From Antechinus flavipes (Eukaryota): a DNA stretch of 64,000 nucleotides. A model generated the notes under the pieces. The model was not told where the DNA came from. It ran no database searches and was given only the letters and a program-made list of their open reading frames with translations. Below are positions 25,701-57,450 of this stretch, piece after piece; position 1 is the stretch's first letter; the number at the start of each line of letters is the position of its first letter. The position numbers and the translations under genes are program-made. The stretch covers positions 311,364,001-311,428,000 of the forward strand of contig NC_067398.1 of assembly GCF_016432865.1 (NCBI RefSeq), given 5' to 3'.

Positions 25701-26632
25701 AAGGCAGAGTCTGACAGTGACACTTCCTGCTATTCCCCCCAACGTTGTGAAAATAGTACAGCAACATCATCACCTATACAGTCCAACCCTAATATAGCAA
25801 CAACTTCCTCAGATTACAAGGATGTAGTTAAGGCAGATTCCATGCCCTGAACTAACAAAAGATACATATCCCTAACCTCGATGTGGCAAGAACACAGTCT
25901 GGCTCTCAGGCTGGACATCTGGTTGGCTGGAGTCTGGAGGGGGCAGTGCCACACGGCTCTCACTGGCATGGAATTGGCAATGTATTTGGGCACTGGCCCA
26001 GGCCAATGCTTCACTGTTGGGAAAGATACAAATAATTCAGAAAGTAAGTCCTGATCCCCACAAACTTTGCAGACAACCATTCCCCTCCCTCACAACCTTC
26101 TACTCCAGTTTCAAGAAACCTGATCTCCCAAGTTCTATCCTCAAGTCACATAAACAACTGCTCCTAGTCAATAATCCCACTCCCCAAAGAACTTCCAGAA
26201 GGCAAATTTTAACAATGTTAGAAGGCAGAGTCATGGCACAGGGGTGTCTAAATCAAATGCCCACTAAAAAGGTAAACCAATGAACAAAAGTTTATGCATA
26301 CTTATGCATATGCATACGTATATCCCTACACCTAGGGATATATGCATACACACACACACACATATATGTTCTCACAAAATAAACACTAATGAGGAGGGGA
26401 GAATGGGGGAGAGAATAGTTACAGAAACTGACCATTCCAAGAATCACAGAGGGGGATCCTTCCCTGTCACACGACAGAGGCCCGCTCTATTACTTGAGCT
26501 TTTCCGTAGTGAGTACCTGGATGCAGAGGTGGCCGTGGGAGATAGGGGGTTTGTGACAGTCACCACACACTCCAGCGCCTCCCCAGCCAGAAACACAGGG
26601 CCCCGGCTCAGCTCTGCTACCAATTCAATCAT
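22782..26632 (-). CDS. RGP1: RGP1 homolog, subunit of the RIC1-RGP1 RAB6A GEF, 8 coding exons, 391 aa
   Basis: Minus-strand coding exons 26632-26517, 26013-25877, 25393-25310, 25225-25076, 24694-24548, 24280-24153, 23895-23706, 23005-22782 (1176 nt). Starts [29 protein letters not shown], ends [14 protein letters not shown]. An acceptor at 26651/26652 implies a noncoding exon 1 in the CpG island (not mapped). Minus-strand polyA signal 22624-22629. Confidence 0.97.
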
Positions 26633-26769
26633 GGTAGCCCCGGGAGCAGCTCTACAGAACGGCAGAGATCAAATGTCAGCACTGAACATGTAGGGCAAAG
26701 GGGGGTGTGGAACACAGGGACGTGATGATGGCAGCAGTTAACCAGCATTTACCTAAGGGTCTACTATGT

Positions 26770-27830
26770 GCCAGGAGCAGCGTCGGGAGCTGGCGCTCCA
26801 AAGAAAGGCAACCGACAGCCCCAGCTCTCGAGGGCTCGGACTAATAGAGGAGACCCCACGCCAACAACTCCGCAGACAATTCACGAGCAGGGCAGGCTGG
26901 GGCCCATTCCCACGGGGCGGCCTGCTGGCGAGTCTGGAGAGGAGGCGACAAGACTGCTGGCCGAGCGGGGTGGGGAAGTAGGAGCCCAGCCCTGGGGGCA
27001 TCCGGGGAACGTGAAGCGGCTGCGCTGAGGCCGTAGCGAGGGGAAACACCTGATGGCCCCAAGGAGAGACTCTGGGGAGGCAGAAAACGAACCGGCCGCG
27101 GCGGGGCGACCCTTCCCCACCCCGGGCACTCCCGATCCCGGTCCCCGTCTTCCCTTCCCCCCCTCCAAGTCCCCCTCTTTTTACAGCTTCCCGGGATTCA
27201 GCGCCGCTGGCCCAAGGACCCGCCCCCAATGATCCGCGGGGACCCCTCCAAACCTCCGGGTTTCCGGGCCAGCCGGTGCTTCCACTTCCTCGTCCCTCCG
27301 GCTCGGCGTGGCGTAACGTAACGTGACGCGCGTGGCAACGCCAGCCCGGGAGGCGGGACTTCCTGTCTGATTCCGTGGAAGAGTCTCTTCCGGCCTAAAG
27401 AGTCGGTGGGAGGGGGGGTGGGGGGGGGCAATGGATCCGGGACTGGTAGTCCCCCGGGACCGGAAGGAGGCGGCCTAGGGGCTGGGACCTGGCGCCTCTG
27501 TCCGGTCCTCCCGCAGGGCGGGGAGGGACCTTAGAGGCCCGATAAAGGGGCTCCCCACTCCTCGCCTGCCATTGTCCTGTTGATTTCATCCCCGGACCAA
27601 TGACCTGTAGGTCTAGGTCCGATTGTCCCCACCCAGGATTCAAGGAAGTGATTCCGTCCCTCGCCTCTGTGGCCCTGGCTCAGCCCATCTTTGCCCAGAA
27701 GCCTGAGGGAGCCCCAGAGCAGCGAAGCAGGAGACAAGGTCCGGGTCACCTCTGAGCCCAGCATCTTGACAAGACGGTGCCGGAGTCAGAACTTGGCTAA
27801 CGTTGGACTCAGAGCTCGAGACTTCGGGAC
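26770..27830. promoter_or_regulatory. CpG island / bidirectional RGP1-GBA2 promoter
   Basis: High CpG density between divergent genes; ETS-like CTTCC/GGAAG motifs, GGAAGAG-T-CTCTTCC palindrome 27377-27391, ZNF143-like GGGACTGGTAGT 27439-27450. Confidence 0.85.
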
Positions 27831-27838
27831 CAAAGACC

Positions 27839-48693
<20,855 letters not shown>

Positions 48694-48967
48694 TGAAGGA
48701 AGCTGGAGACATTAATGTGCACCTTCCCCCTCCCCATCTGCAACCCTGAGCCATCAGGACAATCACTTACCACCCACTTCCCCCAGCAGAGCCTTGGGGG
48801 TGGGAAAGACAAGCACCACAATCACTTATTTATTTCCCCTTCCTCCACTCCCCAATTCTTTGCTGCATGGAATGCTAACAAAAGTTCAGCTACTCCCCTT
48901 CCTACCCCTATGCCCTGAGCCAGACTCCTCACCCAAAAGTGGATGGGGAAGTGGGCATAGCTATACA

Positions 48968-49051
48968 AATAAAAGACCCAAAAAACTCATTAAGAGTATA
49001 ATATGAATTCTCAGGTCTGGGAGGGCCAGCCTCAGATACATCATTTTTATT
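48968..49051. terminator. Facing polyadenylation signals of GBA2 (+) and CREB3 (-)
   Basis: AATAAA 48968-48973; TTTATT 49046-49051. Confidence 0.7.
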
Positions 49052-49222
49052 GCTATCTACAACGTGGAGCTCACAAAGTATGAGGAAATAATACAAGGTA
49101 TGAGGAGATAGCATATGTATATACTAAACCATTCAACTTTTGCCTGTTCAGTGTTCCCTGGTATTCTGGGCATTTCCTACGGCAACTCAGTCTGCCCAGC
49201 ATCTTAATTTCTGCCTCTATAA

Positions 49223-52200
49223 TCACATCTCATTGGAGTGCCGTCCTCGAAGAATGATAGTGGGTGTAGTAGGGGCCCAGCCCTGCTTCTTGGTGGCCTC
49301 TGAAGGCAGAAGAGTAGAGTGGTCTAGGTCTGGTGGCATCAAAATCTGTTCATCACTTGTTCCAGCAAAAGAATCAGAGGAAGAATTTCCTGGGGCTAGA
49401 GAGGTTGTTGCATCTGCTGATGGATTGAAGGTGACCTCTGATTTCTCGTCTGTCGGCCAGCCAGGATATTCCAGGAAAAGGGAGAGATTATCACTGCGAA
49501 GAGATCGGATCTGACGGGACAGCACTGCGGGAAGACAGCCACAAAGAGTAATGAGTGCAAGGGACAGTCAAGAAACCTTTAATTCAAACCACCTGGATTA
49601 CGTAGCCAGAGCCCCCATAACCTTTCTTGGCCCCACTTACTGACAGTTGCTGGCTGGTGGCCCCGAATCTCAGAGGGATACATGGCAGGGAAGAGGAGGA
49701 GGCAGAAGGAGAAGAGCAGGACCTGGGGATTCAGGGAAGATTTGGAGATGAGAAATCCTTAATGTTGTCCCCTATCCCATTCCACCCATTCTTAGGGCTG
49801 ATATTGAAAGGTGGGGAAGTAAGTTTATTCCTTACCACAATGCAAGTGCTATTGCTAGTGGGTTTAGTTGTCATCTCAGCTACCAAAGACTGGAACTTCT
49901 TTAGCTGATCCAAAAGGGACCTGAAGAAAGAACACAGAAAACATTTACACACACACACACACACACCACCCAAGAAAAATGAAATTGGGGTGAAGGATAT
50001 GAAGATGATATGAAAATAGTGGTACAAGAAGATAAGACAACAGAGGCACCAATTGTTCTGTGGTTACTTACAAATTCTGCTTTTCCAAGAGGTGGACTTT
50101 CTTCTGTAATTCCAGATTCTGGGCTGTGCAAGTTATGATCCTAGAACAATAATGGGAATCACATATTCCCAGTCTTCTCCCCTTTCAACATGATATGCCC
50201 TCAATTTGTATCCTGCCGCTCTACCCATCCAATGTCTTACAGTAGTCTCTTCCCTCCTTTCCCCAACCCCTGGCATACCTATTTTCCAGCCCTCCCACAT
50301 ACACTTTCTTCTTCCTTCTACTTTCTTGAGCTGATTGTTTGTTCCGAATCTTCCTCCGAACTCGTTTCAAGATTTTCTCCTCTGCCTGAGTCCGAAAATG
50401 GACAAAGGAGAAAGGAAGCCATCAGTAATAGAATTTTGGATTTGGAAAGTAATTTAGATATGACCAACCAATGTAGGAATCCCTTATAAATGTTGCTAAT
50501 AGATTATCTCTAAAGCTTCTGCTCTTAACACTTAGGTGTTTAAAAACCAAACCCTACCTCAAGACTGTCTTTCAATTGTCATTGAGTCAAGAATCTAACA
50601 ATGTAAAAAAGTGCCTCTCAATTTCTACCCATTGATTTCAGTTCCAATTTTGGGGCAACATAGAGTAAGAATAATTGTTCTATATGAGATCAAATCTTTC
50701 TCATTTCTACACTAAACATCCCTTCAATTGTTCTTATGTGACATAATCTGGAAACCATGCTTGTATTTATTTCGTGTTTTTAAAATAATGGTGTCCAGAA
50801 CTGAACATAATATTCCATAAAACCTAGAATAAGGGCTTATATCCTCTAGTCAAGCACAGACTTTCTCTACCACACTTCTAACAAATGGATCATCCAACCT
50901 TTGAAAATTTCCAGGGATGGGACATGATGACTCAAGGCATCCTGTCCCACTTTTGGACAATATACCATTAGAAAGCTCTTACATTGTCAAAATCTGCTTA
51001 GTGATAAATGTTATCTGTTAGTTTAAATCTGTTTCCTGGGATCAAGAACAAAGGAATCCTTCCAGTTCATGATTACCCAAATGTGTAAAAAAAAGCTGTT
51101 ATCCATCTATCTACACATCAGTTTCTCAATGTCCTTCCTAAACTATGGCTCTTACATCTTAAGTTAATATCTTCCAAATGTGCCCTGATAAGGACAAGAA
51201 GACATTGGGACTAATAATGCAACTTGGATCACTTTTTTTTCCTGACTTAGTATTTTTGATGCTAAAAACACCCAGTTCCTTTTCACATAAATTACTATTT
51301 TATGTTTCTCCCATCCTACATGAGGTTGATTTTTTTTTTAACCCAAGTGTAATTTTTTTCTATTAAATTTCATCTTAAATTAGGCCTACTGTTCTAACAT
51401 GATTTCAGTTATTGATCTAGAAACAATTACTGATATTAGCTAATAATAATCACTCCTTTAATCAGCTGAAAATTTTATCAATGTCTTCTGCTCCTTCAAA
51501 ATACTGAACAAAACTGAGGAAATGACAGAGCATCTTAGCACCCCACTAGACATTTCTCTCTGTTGACTAATTGTTCTTTTCCAAATTCATCTACTGTACA
51601 ATCATGTCCAGTCCTATCTCTCTATCTTGTCTAAAAGATTAAATACTTCAGTAAAATCTAAGTATAATGTGTCCACATCATTACTCTGATCTATCCATCA
51701 AAGGAAATGAGTCTACTCTGACATGACATTCTTAATGAACCCATAATGATTCATACTAAGCATGGGATTTTTTCATCTGACTAGCAGCTAAATCCTTCCA
51801 TATGTGATGTCCTCCTCCATTAAAAAAGGTGAAGTCCTTGAGAGCAGGGGCTGTTTTCTATTTTTATCTTCAGCACTTACTCCTTCATTCATACTGATTA
51901 TTACTTTCAGATTTGGTTTGAGAGCAATCTAGAATAGGCCTGCTCATCAACAAGCATTTATAAAGTTTATTATATGTCAGGCATTGTATTCCCTTTTGGG
52001 CAACATTAATGCTGTTCAGGATTTCTTTTTTTTTGGAAACTACATCACAGTACTGATGTCAAATTTGCAATTGGCTAAAACTACCAAGTCTTTTTCACAC
52101 CGATTGTTAAGAAACATCACTGTTTTTTTGCACTTGGGCAACATTGTTTCTACTTACTGAGGTATTTTTAAATGTGATTGGTAACATAAAATATTAGCCA

Positions 52201-53141
52201 TTGTTCCAGGTTGGTCACCTATAAATTTGAAAGGCATGCCTCTTATGTCCACTTTCATCAAATGACATCAAGCATACCATGCCTCCTTGGCCATGAAGGA
52301 ATCTCACCTTAGTAAGGGGGAGAGTTTCAGGAAGGGTCAATCCCTCTTTTGCTAGCAGCCTTTTCTCTTCATCTGTCAATATCAACTGAGGAAATTCGTG
52401 CTACAGAAAACAGCAAAAGGACATGTGAGAGAGAAGCAGGAGGAACAAAGAGTATAGTTGTAGCTTGAGAAGAGAGAAATGTGCAGGTGATAACGTATCC
52501 TGCAGTTATGAGAATGATCATCTCTCCTTAACCATTAATGTTTGCCCATCCTCCAGATACCTTAAAGGTAATTTCTTCCATCTCAAAAGAGACCCTTGTT
52601 TCTTCAGCCACATCCTCAAGACTCCTATTATCTGCAGGAAGAAGATAATCTGAATCAAGAACCCTGGGCTCCTAATCCTCTTACTGCCTTTACCCCTGTG
52701 TCTCCTGGCCAAACTTACCTAGATCAATGCATACATCTTGGGAAGAAGCCTGTACATTGCAGCTCAGGGAGTAGGTGTGATCAATGTGAATGAAGCTGTA
52801 GCTAGAAGGACTTGGGAGGGATGGTGAGGTGGGGGGGCTTAGCAGGGACATCAGGAAATCTTCTGCCTCCCATTCATTCAGCACCTATACCAGTCACTTA
52901 ATTCAGAACCAAGTCTTGCTCCTCTTACCCCATTTATCAGTCCCAATTCTCCCTCAATTTACATCATACCACTACCCCAACCAAGACTAGGCCTGGCTCA
53001 GCCTCTACTTACTTCAGGAGATAGCATCTCATCATCCTGCTGGACCTCTTGCCCCTCCCCAGATATGCCCCACAGATCTCCCCCTTCCTCCTTCAGGAAA
53101 TCCAGTAGGTCTTTGTCATCTGGGTCCAGGAAGGCCTCCAT
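49223..53141 (-). CDS. CREB3: cAMP-responsive element binding protein 3 (Luman/LZIP), ER-membrane bZIP factor, 9 coding exons, 367 aa (370 aa if the ATG at 53150 is used)
   Basis: Minus-strand exons 53141-53013, 52884-52719, 52631-52561, 52400-52308, 50385-50279, 50140-50072, 49920-49836, 49722-49641, 49524-49223 (1104 nt). Acidic N-terminus, DHTY HCF-binding motif, basic region [21 protein letters not shown], leucine zipper, TM segment [19 protein letters not shown]1P-type site RQIR/RSL. Lies between GBA2 and TLN1 as in other mammals. Confidence 0.95.
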
Positions 53142-53410
53142 GGTGGACATCTAGAAGGGGAAAAAAATCCCCCTTCCTAAAGGTGAATAAGTTAAAGGGA
53201 GAAGAGAGGTAGCAGATGTGCCAGTCAGTAAATATTTATATTACGTACTTAAAATGTGCCGGGGACTGTGCCAAGCAGGGAGAAATAAAAAAAAAGCAAA
53301 AAACAGTCCCTGCGCTGGAAGATCTCAATCTATTATTTCTCCGTCCCCCCTACCCATGTTACAGACCCAGAGGAGGAACTTTGGGAGCAGAAATCCAGAG
53401 CCAGCCTTAC

Positions 53411-53650
53411 CTCAGCCTCCGCCCCCAAAACAGAGCTGACAGCTATGTACCCACTACAAGCACGCCCTCCGACCTACCCTCTCTGGCTGTTATTGCCACT
53501 TCTCCATCCCCTCGGCCACCACACCAACCTTTGCCAGGTTTCCAACCTCACCCCGCATCTCCTACCTTCCGCTTCTATACGGACTGGCCAAATTTGGGGT
53601 TCCACTATCACCCGGGTCGGATCCCTCCAGCTTGAGTAGCCTTTTCCAAA
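53411..53650 (-). other. CREB3: Probable noncoding first exon of CREB3 (start approximate)
   Basis: Strong minus-strand donor GAG|GTAAGG at 53411/53410 and acceptor CCCCTTCTAG| at 53151/53150 just before the coding exon; CRE and ZNF143 motifs immediately upstream; the intervening 260 nt contain an L2 tail remnant. Confidence 0.55.
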
Positions 53651-53686
53651 TCTCCACCCAGATCCAGTCTTCCAACACTACAAGGA

Positions 53687-53729
53687 TGACGTCACCCAGA
53701 GACACACAGCATGCTGGGAAGTGTAGTTT
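53687..53729. promoter_or_regulatory. CREB3 proximal promoter module: CRE plus ZNF143/SBS site
   Basis: Perfect palindrome TGACGTCA 53687-53694; GCATGCTGGGAAGTGTAGTTT 53709-53729 (reverse complement AAACTACACTTCCCAGCATGC). Confidence 0.7.
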
Positions 53730-54429
53730 CTCACTCCCTACCGGATATAGTGGGGCACTCAGAGCACTGTCATGTATCGCCAAGTCTTGTAACCCTTGCC
53801 AGGTTTGCTGTTCCTTAAGTAGGTTAGTATTCCCTCTGCGCCCATGCAGTCTGTTCCCTTTTGTTCCTTTAGTTTTATGGAAGTCTTTCATTTCCTGTTA
53901 GCTTCCCTTCCCAATTGAACACCAAAAAAAACAAACAAACAAACAACAACAACAACAACAAAAAAAAAAAAAAACCTGAGACCAGATCTTGTATGCCACG
54001 TTCCACACCCGTACTGTTCTCTGCTCCCAAGACTCCCAAGACTGGTCATTACGCTTAATCGGAGTTCAGCTACTTTTCTGTGTTTTCATTTACGTTTTTA
54101 CGTATAACTAATGATAAATTATTAGTTTACTTATTACCACCTATGCATGCTTTATGCACAAAGCTAAGATCCTATCATTCACACACACACACACACACAC
54201 ACAGTGATTTCCTCTTACTATCCCTCTGTCCTTATGTGTCTCCCAACTTTCAGGAGACCACTTGTATGGAATTAGCGACCACCCTAGACCAAGCATGACA
54301 GAAAGTTCTCCTGTTACAGGCAGGGGCCTTGCTCTCGGAAGTTGGGCGGAAGGGGGAACTCAAGTCTGGTGGGAAGACTCACACATGACACATGCAATAC
54401 AAATAGAACTGGGCTATATAAATGTAGCT

Positions 54430-55460
54430 GCGCTGAGAGGGCAGGCGGGAGAAGCGCTGGGAGCACGCTTTGATGAGGCTGGAAAGTCGCAGTTCGGAAG
54501 CAGGTGGGTTTTTGCGTCCTGGCCTCTCCGCGAGTCCAGAAGGGTGTGGAAGGAGCGAGAGGTAAAGCACCTTCCCAAGGCTGGAAAGTCCGTCCAAAAT
54601 ACTGGAGGCTACAAGAAAAAGCAGAGTAGCGGGCTGGGCGAATTTCCTTTTTCCTTAGGGCGGGGTTCCCGGTCCCCGCCCCCACCGCTAGACTAGCCAG
54701 AGATTACGCGGTATGCGGCTCGGGTCCGCTAGGCTGCCCGCAGTAACTAAACCTTGGTACCACACCCTGCGCATGCGTACCCTGCGCTTCCCTCCCGCTG
54801 CAAGGGAGTCGCCGGGTCTCTCGACCCGCTCCAGGCATAGAGAGCTGGGGCCAGAGCAGCTTCCTGCAGCTAGCAGAGCCGTAGAGGGGCGGGCCCAGGG
54901 CGCCGCCCACGGGTCGGGAGTGGGGGGAACGCGCTCCGGGGACGGAAGTGGCGGAGAGTTCGTCAGTCGGCGGGAGGGCGAGGCCGGACCCCGGACCCGG
55001 GAACCCGGAGAACTAACGAGTGAGTGACCTGAAGGGCGGGCCGGCAAGCGGGAGATCCCGGAATAGCTCAGGTGGGGCTGAGGCAGCGCAGAGCGCGGGG
55101 CGGAACCAGGAAGAATGGGACGGCGGCGGGAAGGGGCAGGGCCGGATTGGGGGGGGAAGGGGGGTGAGGAGGAGAGGGGACTGGATCCGGGGGAGGGGAA
55201 TCTGGCCCCCAGGGTGAAGTTGGGATGAGGGGGGGAAAGCTGGGGGCAGGCAGAGGGGGCAGCTTTGGGTCGGGGGCTGGAGCTGGCTGCAGCGAGAGCA
55301 GTCCTGGTGGGTGCATGGGCGCTGCCGCTAACCCTCCCTGGCCTGAGAGGTCAGTGTCCGGGTGTGTCCATCCTGCTTGCCTAGCTGCTTGGTGGGTGGA
55401 GTTGTGGTACCCAGGATGCTGGAGGGCGACGGGGGCTGGGAAGGGGTTAGGAACGCCAGG
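54430..55460. promoter_or_regulatory. CpG island / divergent CREB3-TLN1 promoter region
   Basis: High GC and CpG density; NRF1-type TGCGCATGCG 54768-54777; ETS 54943-54950; GC boxes; TATA-like CTATATAAA 54414-54422 just upstream. Confidence 0.85.
54930..55019 (+). other. TLN1: Probable noncoding first exon of TLN1 (start approximate)
   Basis: GC-rich segment ending in donor CGA|GTGAGT at 55019/55020 inside the CpG island; ETS motif CGGAAGTG 54943-54950. Confidence 0.7.
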
Positions 55461-55494
55461 ATAAGTGAGACTAGGCTATAAAGTTAGGGAACAG

Positions 55495-56055
55495 GAATGG
55501 GTGGGACTAAACTCCGGGGTTAGGAGGACAGGGATAGGTGGGAGGGACTAAACTTTGGGGTTGGGGACGGGGTGGGTGGGACTAAACTCTGGGATTAGGG
55601 TGACAGGTGTGAGTAGGTGGGACTAAACTCGGGTTAGAGGGGCAAGGATGGATGGGATTAAGTTCTGGGGTTAGAATGACAGGAGTGGGTGCGTGGGGAC
55701 TAACTAAACTCTAGGATTAGGGGGACGGGTTAATGGGACTAGTTAGAGTGACAGGTGGGTGGGACTAAACTCGAGTTGGGGGACAGAGATGGATGGGACT
55801 AAACGCGGGTTAGAGGGACAGGGATGGGTGAAATTAAATTCTGGTGTTAAGAGTAACAGAGTTGGGTGGGTGGGATTAAACTTTGAAGTTAGGAAGACAG
55901 GGATAGTAGCCATAGAGCTAGGGGACTGGAATGGATGGAACTCAACTGGAGTTAAAGGGACAGCGATGGGTGGAACTAAATTATTGGATTTAGGGGACAG
56001 GGATGGGTGGGCCTAAACTGGATTTGGGAGGTCAAGAATGGTATGGGACTAGAAT
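55495..56055 (+). repeat. G-rich minisatellite, about 14-15 degenerate units of roughly 34-42 bp, TLN1 intron 1
   Basis: Exact core GGGACTAAAC at 55503, 55544, 55578, 55619, 55761, 55795 plus variants; consensus near GGGTGGGACTAAACTCGGGTTAGGGGACAGGGAT. Confidence 0.9.
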
Positions 56056-56979
56056 ATAGTTAGGTAAGCAAAAATGATGGATGAGATTGTTAGGATAAAT
56101 TAAAATTAGATAGGGTTAAGTGATCAGGGATGGGATCAAATCAAGAGGAATGTGAGATCAGAATGGTATGACATTTTGGTTGTGGAGTTGGGGTGATGTA
56201 TGTGGGTATAGCATTTACTGATTGACTAAGGGATTTTAGGATTAGGTATGCCAAAGGTTTGGGAGAAAATTAGAGTTAAATTAGGGTTGGAATTTGAACC
56301 AGGTTATCTTGATGAGAACTAAATTGATGTTAGGACCTACTTCCCATAGTTGGCATGAGGATAAAATTAGAAATTTGTAGATTTATACACATACACATGC
56401 AATCTATTATTTATTATTGTGATTATTAGTCACCAGGTATTTAAGCAGTTATTCCAGGCATTATGATAAGCACGAGGGACCCAGAGAAAGGCAAAAATAT
56501 GTTTCATGCCCAAAAAGAGCTCACAGTATAATGAGAGACAACGCGCAAACATGTCTATCACATTCAAAATTATGCAGAGTAGATGAAAGATAATCTCAAA
56601 GGAAAGGCATCTAGCATTAAGAGAAAAAGACTTCTTGAAGGTGGGAATTTGGTAAAGGAAATCAGGGAAGTCTGGATAAGATTTAGGATTGTGACAAATA
56701 GGCAAGTTTTACAAAAGTTTAGGATTATTGTTTTTTAGACTAGTGTTGAATCTTAAAGTTTTGGATTAATGTTAATAGATTCACAGGTTGAATAAAGAAT
56801 CAGCATTAGTCTGTGGGTCAGTGTTATGTATTGTAGAGTCATAGATTTAGAATTGGAGATGACCAATCAGGAATTAAATTAAAAGTCAAATTTGAGTTTG
56901 GTGTCAGCATTAAAGATGGGCTTATTTTCCAAGAATCAGATTAGGCATGGGATTAAGAATAATGTTGGGTTTATTAAAA

Positions 56980-57450
56980 GTCGAGCATTTATTAAGTCCT
57001 TGTTGTGTCAGGCATTGTGCTAAACAATGAGAATACAAAGAAAAGCATAAAGATAATTCAACTCCTGCTGTCAAAGAGCTTACATCCTGAGGAGGAGACT
57101 ACATGCAACTAAGCATATAAAGATGTAGAAAGTCAGTGGGAGGATATCTGAGAGGAGAGAACACTAGCAGCCAGGGGAATCTGGAAAAGCCTCCCCCCAA
57201 AAGAGGGATTTGAGCCGAATTTTGAAGAAAACAAGGGAAATTTAAGATTTGGAGGTAAGCAGACTGAGCATTTCAGGCATGGAGAACAGCTAGTAAAAAA
57301 GCAGGGAAACAGGAAACAAATAATATATTAAAGAAACAGCAAGAAAAGCTGGCTAAGTGGTAGAATTCACAGAGGAAAGTAAAGTCTGAAGACTGAAAAG
57401 GTAAAAACTTTAAATGCCAAATAGAGGAATTTTTATTTGATCAGGACCCA
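56980..57450 (-). mobile_element. LINE-2 3' fragment
   Basis: GCATTTATTAAGTCC...TGTCAGGCATTGTGCTAAAC, reverse L2 tail. Confidence 0.7.

Noticed and set aside
26753-27643. Pro/Gly/Arg-rich ORFs in the RGP1-GBA2 promoter
   Set aside because: Typical CpG-island ORF noise.
27803-27838. TTG-initiated N-terminal extension of GBA2
   Set aside because: The ATG at 27839 has a strong Kozak context and an in-frame TGA lies at 27767; no support for the near-cognate start.
53918-53975. A-rich tail suggesting a processed pseudogene
   Set aside because: Upstream sequence carries promoter motifs and no ORF; no target-site duplication seen; treated as an (AAAC/AAC)n microsatellite.
54262-55464. ORFs of 65-144 aa across the CREB3/TLN1 island
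   Set aside because: GC-rich noise; the real starts are at 53141 and 63041.
55495-56055. CRISPR-like array or interstitial telomere
   Set aside because: Eukaryotic intron; units are degenerate tandem copies without unique spacers, and there are no (TTAGGG)n runs.
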